Source of the DNA: a virus
Lineage: Duplodnaviria > Caudoviricetes
DNA: 41,163 nt
Direction: 5' to 3' (one strand)
Virus record (IMG/VR): IMGVR_UViG_3300034357_000409
Span: 1-41,163 of that record
Part shown: positions 1 through 7,539 of the stretch, in pieces
How positions within the stretch are numbered: position 1 is the stretch's first letter
Layout of the letters: the number at the start of each line of letters is the position of its first letter
Position numbers and translations under genes: made by a program
Notes under the pieces: model-generated
Databases searched by the model: none
Told to the model about the DNA's origin: nothing
What the model saw: only the letters and a program-made list of their open reading frames with translations

Positions 1-52
1 TTACTCTTGTTTTGTGAGCTTTTGCTCCACCACGTAATTTTGACTTTGGCAT
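1..52 (-). CDS. 5' part of a small basic protein, truncated by window edge (MPKSKLRGGAKAHKTRV...)
   Basis: ATG at 52-50 after an A-rich leader. The frame is open to position 1 and co-directional with the upstream genes. Confidence 0.6.
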   Translation of the reverse strand, partial: MPKSKLRGGAKAHKTRV

Positions 53-83
53 AATTGTATTTATTTAATTGTTATTTATTTTG

Positions 84-611
84 TTAAAAACCTTCTCCGG
101 TTATATCTCCATTTATTTCGTTATCAACTTCTCGTTGTGTTTCTTCTAATGTAATACCCGGTTCATTCTCAACTTTGTCTTTAAGTTCTTTTGTTAACAT
201 ATCCGTAATTCTTTGATATTGATTACCCTGTTCGGAAACTTTAAAATCCGAATTATCATCATCATCCCTATACATTTCCAACCAATCAGGTCTTTCCGGA
301 ACTTTAATTTTATCAACCTCCTCAATTAATTTTTGGACTTCCGATTTAGAACCTTTTAACAATTTAGATAACTGAACTTTTCTTTCAATATTTCTAAATC
401 TATTGTAATAATTTTGAGTTTTTGCTCCGTGGAAATTAATATCGGTATTATTACTATCCAAATAATCTATAATATTAACAACTTCATTATCATCATCACT
501 CAAACCCATATCATTTAATAATTGGAAAAAGTCATCACATTTAATAATTTTTCTTGTCTCCGTTTTTTCTTTTAAAAACTTAACTACAAATCCTCCTAAA
601 CCATTATCCAT
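84..611 (-). CDS. Hypothetical acidic phage protein (175 aa)
   Basis: Long ORF packed in the minus-strand operon; no motif recognised. Confidence 0.75.
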   Translation of the reverse strand: MDNGLGGFVVKFLKEKTETRKIIKCDDFFQLLNDMGLSDDDNEVVNIIDYLDSNNTDINFHGAKTQNYYNRFRNIERKVQLSKLLKGSKSEVQKLIEEVDKIKVPERPDWLEMYRDDDDNSDFKVSEQGNQYQRITDMLTKELKDKVENEPGITLEETQREVDNEINGDITGEGF

Positions 612-614
612 ATC

Positions 615-962
615 TTAATTTTTTGCTGGTCGGTTTTCTTCAAACCATTCTATAATTGAGTTTATCGCCCATACAGCTCCCGATGATAAAATCCCATCAA
701 AGAACCAACTAATCCATAGTGGTGTTCCAAATATAGCAAATGTCGGTGAGAATATCAATAAGGATAAAACAAATCCACCCCAAGTACTAAAACACATCGG
801 ACAGGTTATTATACCTGATATGAAATGAGCAACCCCATTAAAGGGTAATTGTTTATCATTCCCCCAATTTTGGAAGAAGTTTCTAAGTCCTTGGAATATT
901 GACCCAAAGACCATAATGTTCATAAGCCCGTAGCTTAAAATGAACCATACTAAAATTTCCAT
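615..962 (-). CDS. Small multi-pass membrane protein, DUF1360-like (CPMCFSTW motif)
   Basis: About three hydrophobic helices, with a C-P-x-C-x-S-x-W motif at the start of the second, as in DUF1360-type proteins. Confidence 0.65.
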   Translation of the reverse strand: MEILVWFILSYGLMNIMVFGSIFQGLRNFFQNWGNDKQLPFNGVAHFISGIITCPMCFSTWGGFVLSLLIFSPTFAIFGTPLWISWFFDGILSSGAVWAINSIIEWFEENRPAKN

Positions 963-963
963 A

Positions 964-1533
964 TTACATTCTTTCGTTTAAGTTGGAACCTTTTAGATAA
1001 ACAGCACCTTGACTGACCTTAATTGATTCCAATTGTTTATTTATTTCTTCAAGTTCTGTAATCCTTGAATTTTTATCTGTTAATTCTTTTCTTAACTTTT
1101 GTAGGGTTTCTTGGAGAAGTAATACCTTATCATTTGATTTAGGTTCGTCCCCAATTTTATCTATATTTGGGACAACTTCTTGAATAACATTTACAATCTT
1201 CTCTTTTATTATTTCAACAGGCACCTCCTTAATCACTTCTTTTTCAACATATTGGATGACTTCAATCTCTTTAATTATTTCAACGGGGACTTCAACATAT
1301 TTAATAACTTCAACTGGAACCTCCACTCGTTTTTCTCGGATTACCTCAATTTCCACCTGTTTTTCTTCAATCCCACCTATTTTTCTTGAATCGTCACCAA
1401 GTAATCCATATTTCTTAATGTTAAATCCATCAACATAACATTTGGTGATGAACTTATCAACATCTTCAATATTGTTTAATTTACAATATTCTTGGACTGA
1501 CGTTAATTGAGTAGATGTTATTTTAATTTCCAT
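964..1533 (-). CDS. Hypothetical protein with V/E/K/I-rich EVPVE repeats and C-terminal coiled coil
   Basis: Contains EVPVEVIKYVEVPVEIIKE...EVPVEIIKE, followed by the heptad-like LQETLQKLRKELTDKNSRITELEEINKQLE. Confidence 0.8.
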   Translation of the reverse strand: MEIKITSTQLTSVQEYCKLNNIEDVDKFITKCYVDGFNIKKYGLLGDDSRKIGGIEEKQVEIEVIREKRVEVPVEVIKYVEVPVEIIKEIEVIQYVEKEVIKEVPVEIIKEKIVNVIQEVVPNIDKIGDEPKSNDKVLLLQETLQKLRKELTDKNSRITELEEINKQLESIKVSQGAVYLKGSNLNERM

Positions 1534-1879
1534 CTTCTTTTAATTTTCTTTTTGGTATTTCTCGAGTTTTTAATTTTGCATCTATCCAATGGTCGTCTAT
1601 CATCCTCATTCCGGGAGCGTAAGTATCGTAATACATTTTAATTCGTTCATCTCTACTTATTTCCTCGCAACAATCATTACCCCACTTTTCATAGAAGTCA
1701 TCATCGGTTAATAGTTTTTTGATGAACCCGTTTAAAGGATATTGTCTAAAACCATTTGTTTTACCCCCTTCACCACCTAAAACCACACATTCAATAGGTT
1801 CTAACCATTTAGGGTTAGAATCAAATAATGTTTTTTCACAATAATTCTTATGAAGTTTTATTATTTCATCTTCCACCAT
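1523..1879 (-). CDS. Hypothetical phage protein (118 aa)
   Basis: ORF overlaps both neighbours by a few bases, operon-like; no motif recognised. Confidence 0.7.
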   Translation of the reverse strand: MVEDEIIKLHKNYCEKTLFDSNPKWLEPIECVVLGGEGGKTNGFRQYPLNGFIKKLLTDDDFYEKWGNDCCEEISRDERIKMYYDTYAPGMRMIDDHWIDAKLKTREIPKRKLKEDGN

Positions 1880-2651
1880 TAACTAATTTTTCTGTTCCGT
1901 TTATAATATCATCAAATGATTTCATCTTAAATGATAAGAAAGGTTTTGGATTATCCAAATCAACAAATGAATATTCATCTGATTCTAAATTGTAAATTCC
2001 AAATCCGTGTTTGGTAATTGTTTCACCATAGTTCTGTTGGATTGTTGAGCCCACCATATACGCTTTCTTACCACCCGGAATATTAAAGATTTGTCTTTTA
2101 TGAATATCACCACATAATACCAAATCACATCCATTAAACTTATCAGTTTCAAATCCGGTTTCAAATTTGTATCCAATATCAGTTGTTAGTCCTTGAACTG
2201 GTCCGTGAAACAATCCAATCTTCAATCTACCCGTTTTTTCAATCTCAGGTGGAATGTTATGGTCAAGTAGTGAATACACCACCCAATCAACATTATCGTC
2301 CTCATATTCACCTCTGTTCTTTAAATAAACAATATTGTCGTTCTTTAATGAATCAATCACCGGTGTAAGAGCATCCAACCTTGATGAGTTGGATTCCAAA
2401 AAATCGTGGTTTCCAATTATAATAATGGTTTTGGCTATTTGAGAACACTCCGTAAGAATCCAAGCAACGAACTCAATAAGTTCAGGCGTCATTTGGTTCT
2501 TAGAATGAACTAAATCACCGGTGAAGACAATCCTATCCGGGGCAATCTCTCTAAATTGTTCCAACATATCATTCAATATACCTCTATATAAGTCATGGTC
2601 TTTGAATAATCGTATATGTAAATCACTAAAATGTACTAGTTTCTTAATCAT
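1866..2651 (-). CDS. Mre11/SbcD-family metallophosphoesterase nuclease (T4 gp47-like recombination nuclease subunit)
   Basis: Calcineurin-like motifs SDLH, TGDL, GNHD, FHG and GDIH, followed by MVGSTIQQNYGE, typical of SbcD/gp47. Confidence 0.88.
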   Translation of the reverse strand: MIKKLVHFSDLHIRLFKDHDLYRGILNDMLEQFREIAPDRIVFTGDLVHSKNQMTPELIEFVAWILTECSQIAKTIIIIGNHDFLESNSSRLDALTPVIDSLKNDNIVYLKNRGEYEDDNVDWVVYSLLDHNIPPEIEKTGRLKIGLFHGPVQGLTTDIGYKFETGFETDKFNGCDLVLCGDIHKRQIFNIPGGKKAYMVGSTIQQNYGETITKHGFGIYNLESDEYSFVDLDNPKPFLSFKMKSFDDIINGTEKLVNGGR

Positions 2652-2654
2652 ATC

Positions 2655-2840
2655 TTATTTTTTTATTTTCCAATTTAACAATCCCCATATTAAAAACATA
2701 GTTGGGATTGCAACCCACCATATCCATTCTCTATGGTATGTTACACCAACAATTTTAGCAACAACATATGACATTGTCGGGATTAACCACAAGGTTGAGG
2801 AACAAATCGGACATGCGTTTTCTCTTTTAACAATTTCCAT
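2655..2840 (-). CDS. Small membrane protein (61 aa) with CPIC motif
   Basis: Two hydrophobic segments and a basic tail. The start overlaps the upstream stop (TAATG at 2842-2838). Confidence 0.6.
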   Translation of the reverse strand: MEIVKRENACPICSSTLWLIPTMSYVVAKIVGVTYHREWIWWVAIPTMFLIWGLLNWKIKK

Positions 2841-3055
2841 TACTTATCAAATAATTTAAATTCTTCATTTACGTGACCACAATCATCGCATCTGTAAGTT
2901 GGAAACGGAACTATCGTGTCTTCCTGACTTCCCGTTAATAATTTGTTAACTTTTTTAATCAACACAACTTCTTTAAAGAACATTCCACCACATTCATCAC
3001 ACACCACGGTAGGTTGTTTTCTTAAATCAATTTGAGGTTTTAATAAATCATCCAT
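2840..3055 (-). CDS. Zinc-ribbon protein (71 aa)
   Basis: Two CxxC pairs: CDECGG and CDDCGH. Confidence 0.75.
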   Translation of the reverse strand: MDDLLKPQIDLRKQPTVVCDECGGMFFKEVVLIKKVNKLLTGSQEDTIVPFPTYRCDDCGHVNEEFKLFDK

Positions 3056-3068
3056 ATATTTTTTATTT

Positions 3069-3100
3069 TAAATGTAATTAATTTATTTGGTTTAGTCAAA
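3069..3100 (-). promoter_or_regulatory. Putative host-RNAP promoter for the 3055-1 gene block
   Basis: Minus strand reads TTTG-N20-TACATTTA (one mismatch to the Bacteroidota -7 element TAnnTTTG). It can also be read as TTGACT-N17-TACATT. It sits directly after a terminator. Confidence 0.5.
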
Positions 3101-3127
3101 TAAAAACCCCCAATTAGAGTGGGGGTT
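3099..3127 (-). terminator. Rho-independent terminator after the PD-(D/E)XK nuclease gene
   Basis: 8-bp stem AACCCCCA/TGGGGGTT (3105-3112/3120-3127) with a 7-nt loop, followed on the minus strand by TTTATTT. Confidence 0.8.
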
Positions 3128-3132
3128 GTTAA

Positions 3133-3996
3133 TTACTTTTTCAAATACTTTTTCATATCCATATCCAATATGGTTTGTTGAACTTCCTTTGGAACCCGGA
3201 ACTCTTCAAATGTTCCATCATCTTTAACTAACACAATAATACATCCGAACAATTTCATATTCCCATATTTCGTTCCTTGTAACATCTTCAGTAAAAGTTT
3301 AGCATAGAATGGTAGTTGGGTGAAATAATGACCCAAGGCATTATTTGGATGTTTTTGGAAGGGGGATTTCATTCTTGTTGTGAAATGGGTCTCCTCGAAG
3401 TTCTTTGGCTTGTTTGACTTCCAATCTGTAATAACCAAACCGAACTCAGTTTGTTCCTTATTCATTATGAGCCACACCTTATCCGGTTGTCCGGTATAAC
3501 CCAATTCAGGGTCACCCAATACAATCTCAGTATCTAATAAAACAGCACCTCTCTCAACCATAAGGTTTAGATATGATGTTCCGGCCGACACCATAGAATC
3601 ACCCTTTAATATTTGAGTAAAGTCACACTCAAAGATTGGTTGTCTTACCTCTTTGTAACCCCCAAACATATCGATTAGTTTTTTCTCTAATAAGTAATGA
3701 ACTCTACTACCCATATTGGTAGCATATTCACCGGCTGCGGCCCACTCATCTAATAATTGTTTTTGGACTTCTAAATCACCTTGTGCCTTTCTTAATGAAA
3801 TACCCTCACTATCAAATTCATCATAGAAGTATTTAATCACCTTACTAACGGAGGGGAATGTATCTTTAACAACACCATCCACATCTTTCATATAATAAGT
3901 GTGGGTGTCCTCAACGAATGTTAATTCAAGTTCTTGTCTTTTCTTCTCTAATAAATCCCTAATCTCTTTAGCAACTTCATTTAATTCTTTATTCAT
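3133..3996 (-). CDS. PD-(D/E)XK (RecB/Cas4-like) exonuclease
   Basis: Motifs HTYY..PSVSKVI, GSRVH, TE, GQPDKV, ITDWKS and Y..QL..Y. No Fe-S cysteine set seen. Confidence 0.82.
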   Translation of the reverse strand: MNKELNEVAKEIRDLLEKKRQELELTFVEDTHTYYMKDVDGVVKDTFPSVSKVIKYFYDEFDSEGISLRKAQGDLEVQKQLLDEWAAAGEYATNMGSRVHYLLEKKLIDMFGGYKEVRQPIFECDFTQILKGDSMVSAGTSYLNLMVERGAVLLDTEIVLGDPELGYTGQPDKVWLIMNKEQTEFGLVITDWKSNKPKNFEETHFTTRMKSPFQKHPNNALGHYFTQLPFYAKLLLKMLQGTKYGNMKLFGCIIVLVKDDGTFEEFRVPKEVQQTILDMDMKKYLKK

Positions 3997-4393
3997 CTTT
4001 TTGTTTTACTATTTCTATTAATTTTTTAAGACATTCAAGTTCTGCTTCTTCGTGTGAATATTTTACACATTTTAATTCAGGAGATTTATACCTAATAATA
4101 ACTTCATAATAAGGTAAAAACCCTCTTTCATCTATATTCATTCCTCCATTTCTATGAATACAGCTATCAATTTGATACTTCTCTCTAAACCATTTAAATG
4201 CTTGTTGGTAAAGTGGTGCGGCAACCAAATCTTGCCATTCACTATTTTTTGCTAAATATGGAAAATCTTTTAATATATGATTTTCAATATAATCTAACTC
4301 CCCATTCGGTTTATAATAACCAAAACAAGGTTCATCAAACTCTAATTCTTTTAAAGCTAACGCTTGTTCGTAAGGTATAAATTCTTTTTCCAT
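3989..4393 (-). CDS. Conserved hypothetical phage protein (F.PYE.ALALKEL.FDEPC / APLYQQAF.WFREK type)
   Basis: Sequence pattern I recall from Bacteroidota phages; function unknown. ATGA-type overlap with the downstream gene. Confidence 0.75.
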   Translation of the reverse strand: MEKEFIPYEQALALKELEFDEPCFGYYKPNGELDYIENHILKDFPYLAKNSEWQDLVAAPLYQQAFKWFREKYQIDSCIHRNGGMNIDERGFLPYYEVIIRYKSPELKCVKYSHEEAELECLKKLIEIVKQKDE

Positions 4394-4399
4394 AGTTAT

Positions 4400-4567
4400 T
4401 TATTTTTGGAACATCGGTGTAAGATATTCAATTAGATATTTTGCGTAACTAGTTAATAATTCATTCCCATCAAAAATAAAAATTTCCTGTGAATTTTTAA
4501 CAGCGTTTAGATATTCATTTTGTAATCTTGAGAATTTTGGTAAATCAACTGACATTGTATTTGACAT
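4400..4567 (-). CDS. Small hypothetical protein, 55 aa (MSNTMSVDLPKFSRLQNEYLNAVKNSQEIFIFDGNELLTSYAKYLIEYLTPMFQK), below the ORF-track cutoff
   Basis: Translated by hand: ATG 4567-4565 to TAA 4402-4400. It fills the gap between a consensus promoter and the next gene. Confidence 0.75.
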   Translation of the reverse strand: MSNTMSVDLPKFSRLQNEYLNAVKNSQEIFIFDGNELLTSYAKYLIEYLTPMFQK

Positions 4568-4590
4568 AAAGAATAGTTTTAATTAGAGCA

Positions 4591-4621
4591 CAAAGATACA
4601 ACTATTTTTTAAACCACCAAA
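4591..4621 (-). promoter_or_regulatory. Bacteroidota-type primary-sigma promoter (-33/-7)
   Basis: Minus strand TTTG-N19-TATCTTTG, an exact match to the TTTG-N19-21-TAnnTTTG consensus, in an intergenic gap. Confidence 0.8.
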
Positions 4622-4636
4622 TAAAATGTAATTTTT

Positions 4637-5536
4637 TTATCTCATATCAACATAATATTCGTCAATCTGACCTTTTAAATCACAAACGTCTTTATCTTCC
4701 GGTAATTTTAATACCTTAATCTTACCATATAATATCCCCCCATTTAATTCTTCATATAATCTGATTGCATCTTTATAAGCATCACCGTCAATAGCAATTA
4801 TAATATTACCCTTCGCCTTTTCATACAAAGTATTCAATAATAGTTCCGACATATGTTTTCCTAACATAGCAATACTATTGGGTAAGAAGAAACTATCAAA
4901 GACACCTTCACATAGATAGATGTCTTTGGACCAATCAATTAAACTTTCGTTGAAGATGATTATGTCTTTCTCTGCCTCAGGATTTTTGTATTTGGCTCTT
5001 GTGTTCGGGTCCCAACTTCTAGCAATAAAATAAGTTAATTCATTTTTACTATCGTAGGATGGGACAATAATTCTCCCGGAGAATGCACCACTATCACAAA
5101 AACCAATCCCGTACTTCTCAATAATATCATCGGTTATCCCACGTTGTTTAAGATAGTTGTATGCCTGACGACGAACCGGATAAACTAAACTACTATCTTT
5201 AAAGAGGGTAAATCCTTGTGGTAGTCTTAATTTATTAACTCGTTTTTCTTTTGGTTTGTGATTTTCCGGTTGAAGTAAATTATAAACTTTTCTTTGTTTC
5301 TTGTTACCCCAAACATCAATTAGTTTTCCAAGAGGTCCCTTGGTATTATTCTCATCACCACAACTCCAACACTTATATACGTGCTCAAAATAATTTACTT
5401 CAAGGTTCCCTTTGTGTCTGTCTTCATCACAGACAGGACAGTCAAACGAGATTTGTCCTTTTGACGCATAGTGAAGTTTCTCGTCACCAAGAATTTCGTG
5501 TAGTATCTCTAATAATATTTCCGCATCATCCGACAT
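4637..5536 (-). CDS. DNA primase (DnaG/T4 gp61-like)
   Basis: N-terminal Zn finger CPVC...CWSC, YLKQRGI, GRIIVP, FIARS, KYKNP, and TOPRIM motifs CEGVFD and IDGD. Confidence 0.92.
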   Translation of the reverse strand: MSDDAEILLEILHEILGDEKLHYASKGQISFDCPVCDEDRHKGNLEVNYFEHVYKCWSCGDENNTKGPLGKLIDVWGNKKQRKVYNLLQPENHKPKEKRVNKLRLPQGFTLFKDSSLVYPVRRQAYNYLKQRGITDDIIEKYGIGFCDSGAFSGRIIVPSYDSKNELTYFIARSWDPNTRAKYKNPEAEKDIIIFNESLIDWSKDIYLCEGVFDSFFLPNSIAMLGKHMSELLLNTLYEKAKGNIIIAIDGDAYKDAIRLYEELNGGILYGKIKVLKLPEDKDVCDLKGQIDEYYVDMR

Positions 5537-5541
5537 AACTG

Positions 5542-5572
5542 CAAATATACGAATAAAATTATTATTATCAAA
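5542..5572 (-). promoter_or_regulatory. Bacteroidota-type primary-sigma promoter for primase
   Basis: Minus strand TTTG-N19-TATATTTG, ending 5 nt before the primase ATG. Confidence 0.8.
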
Positions 5573-5598
5573 ACTTTATTAGTTTTTTAATCCTCCTA

Positions 5599-5606
5599 TA
5601 TTTATG
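5599..5606 (+). promoter_or_regulatory. TATTTAT motif, candidate late promoter at the head of the plus-strand structural cluster
   Basis: TATTTATG lies 18 nt before ATG 5625; the same motif precedes six other putative late genes. Confidence 0.5.
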
Positions 5607-5624
5607 ATAATAACTTTTAAACAG

Positions 5625-5846
5625 ATGCCAACAAATATTAACATCAACAACATATCAGGAGCAACACCATTTAATGTTTATCTATGTGATGAATTTAATA
5701 TAACTTGCACATATATTAACACAATACCATCATCTTCATTACCATATGATTTTCAAATTCCAACAATAATGGAAGGTCAAGTTTCATTTAATCTTAAAGT
5801 TATTGATAATAATGGTTGCACATCAATTTCAAATATCCTAATTTAA
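5625..5846 (+). CDS. Small Ig-like putative virion protein (73 aa; start moved from 5604 to 5625)
   Basis: [22 protein letters not shown]...KVIDNNGC aligns with the N-terminus of the 7540 gene product (MTSITLNSITGLTYPYNIYVCD...KIITSDGC), which supports this start. Confidence 0.7.
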   Translation: MPTNININNISGATPFNVYLCDEFNITCTYINTIPSSSLPYDFQIPTIMEGQVSFNLKVIDNNGCTSISNILI

Positions 5847-5847
5847 T

Positions 5848-7530
5848 ATGTCTTGTAACTCAACATACTGTATAACCAATACCGGATTAGTAGGAGCCGA
5901 TGATAACTACATAACAGGTGGAACCTATAATGGTCGGTCTTATTGGACAGGTCAAACTAATGGGTGGGAAATATATTTTTATACCGGAGCAACAAGTTAT
6001 TGGTGTTTATCTGATACCTTAGGAGGGTCTTGTTATTTAACAGGGAAAAATCCTTCTGTTAGCACTTGTCCTGATTTATCAAGTTTTTATGTTTTTAGTG
6101 GTGCGTGTCCAACACCTACACCAACCCCAACTAAAAATTGTAGTGTGTTAGATTTTACAGCTTTATTTAATTGTGAATATATACCAACACCAACACCTAC
6201 ACCGAGTACTAGTGTAACACCAACAATAACAGTAACACCATCATCAACTAATTTTTGTTCTATTATTGGTATTGATGCTAGTGGATATACTTATACTCCA
6301 ACACCGACACCAACACCAACAGTCACACCAACAAATAACCCATTACCTTTTTATTCTCCATTAATACCCCGTAATTGTTTATTGTATGGTTTTATGGAAT
6401 ACACACCAATTACTGGACAATTAACACCTCCGGGAACTCTTAAATGGCAAGATTGTTTTAATTCAAGCGTATATTATTACACCAATAATGTTACCGGTCT
6501 TTTTCCTGGAACATTATTTGAGGATTTTGTTATTTATGGTGCCAATGTTGATGGTCAATCTAAATGTATTTCTTATTTAGGTATAGATTATGAATATGGT
6601 AATCAAAATATAATTCAAATAACTTCGGGTCCTTGGGGTTATTCTAATTTAAATGATTGTGAAATTTGTCTAATTAATACAACTCCAACACCAACACCAA
6701 CTAATACCGTAACACCAAGTATCACACCAACGATAACACCAACATCCACACAAACACCAACACCAACTAATACCGTAACACCTACACCTACAAATACACC
6801 GGGATTATCACCAACCCCAACACCTACACCTACAAATACACCGGGATTATCACCAACACCAACACCAACACCATCAGCAACTCAAACAAATTTACCTTGT
6901 TTTGGTTACTTGTATAATTTCTACGCCCTTACAGGTTCATTATCACAATCAATTACAAGTTCAGATGATTGGTCAGTTCCTTCTAAATCAGATTTTGATG
7001 TTTTATTATCATCAGTTTCAAATAATTCAAGAGCGTTAAGATTATCGGGCACATCAACTTATTGGGATAGTTCTAACACTAATGCAACAAATTCATCCAG
7101 ATTTAATGGTATTGGAAATGGTATTAGAACAAACACCGGATTTATAAATCAAAAACAAAGTAGTTTATATAGAACATTAACTCCTTATGGAACTAATCAA
7201 TCTTGGGTTCTACCTTTAATTTCAGGTGGATTGACAACGATAACAACATATGATTCTAACAGAGAAAATGGTTCTCCGGTTAGATTAGTCAAGTCAACAA
7301 CGACGTTATTACCAGGTCAATCAAGTTTTTATTACGGTAATGATGGTACTTCTTATCCTACAATATGTATTGGAACACAAGAATGGTTGGCGGTTGATTT
7401 GAGGGAAACTTTATATAGAGATTTTACATTTATCTCTAATGTTACAGACCAAACATCTTGGAATAATTTAACAACGGGAGCATATTGTATTTATGATAAC
7501 GACACATACAACATTGGTGGTTGTATTTAA
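5848..7530 (+). CDS. Cys-rich putative virion appendage protein with Pro/Thr linkers and a C-terminal Fib_succ_major (FISUMP)-like domain
   Basis: TPTPT tracts plus the motifs [47 protein letters not shown] and GAYCIYDND. Confidence 0.75.
   Translation: MSCNSTYCITNTGLVGADDNYITGGTYNGRSYWTGQTNGWEIYFYTGATSYWCLSDTLGGSCYLTGKNPSVSTCPDLSSFYVFSGACPTPTPTPTKNCSVLDFTALFNCEYIPTPTPTPSTSVTPTITVTPSSTNFCSIIGIDASGYTYTPTPTPTPTVTPTNNPLPFYSPLIPRNCLLYGFMEYTPITGQLTPPGTLKWQDCFNSSVYYYTNNVTGLFPGTLFEDFVIYGANVDGQSKCISYLGIDYEYGNQNIIQITSGPWGYSNLNDCEICLINTTPTPTPTNTVTPSITPTITPTSTQTPTPTNTVTPTPTNTPGLSPTPTPTPTNTPGLSPTPTPTPSATQTNLPCFGYLYNFYALTGSLSQSITSSDDWSVPSKSDFDVLLSSVSNNSRALRLSGTSTYWDSSNTNATNSSRFNGIGNGIRTNTGFINQKQSSLYRTLTPYGTNQSWVLPLISGGLTTITTYDSNRENGSPVRLVKSTTTLLPGQSSFYYGNDGTSYPTICIGTQEWLAVDLRETLYRDFTFISNVTDQTSWNNLTTGAYCIYDNDTYNIGGCI
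6693..6733 (+). repeat. 41-bp exact direct repeat, copy 1 (copy 2 at 7854-7894)
   Basis: AACACCAACTAATACCGTAACACCAAGTATCACACCAACGA read at both positions. A 30-bp overlapping segment (6687-6716) recurs at 6753-6782. Confidence 0.9.
6777..6857 (+). repeat. Tandem duplication, 39-bp identical units with a 42-bp period ([14 protein letters not shown])
   Basis: AACACCTACACCTACAAATACACCGGGATTATCACCAAC at 6777-6815 and 6819-6857. Confidence 0.9.
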
Positions 7531-7539
7531 TATTGTTAA

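Noticed and set aside
53-83. Imperfect direct repeat AATTGT(T)ATTTATTT
   Set aside because: Short and AT-only; expected by chance in an A-rich translation leader.
3133-3996. Cas4 / CRISPR adaptation module
   Set aside because: No Fe-S cysteine set, no cas1/cas2 and no array; stand-alone PD-(D/E)XK nucleases are common in phages.
6898-7530. FISUMP domain as a diversity-generating retroelement target
   Set aside because: No reverse transcriptase and no template repeat with adenine-specific differences seen in the window. The nearby repeats are exact and confined to Pro/Thr linkers. A remote DGR cannot be excluded.
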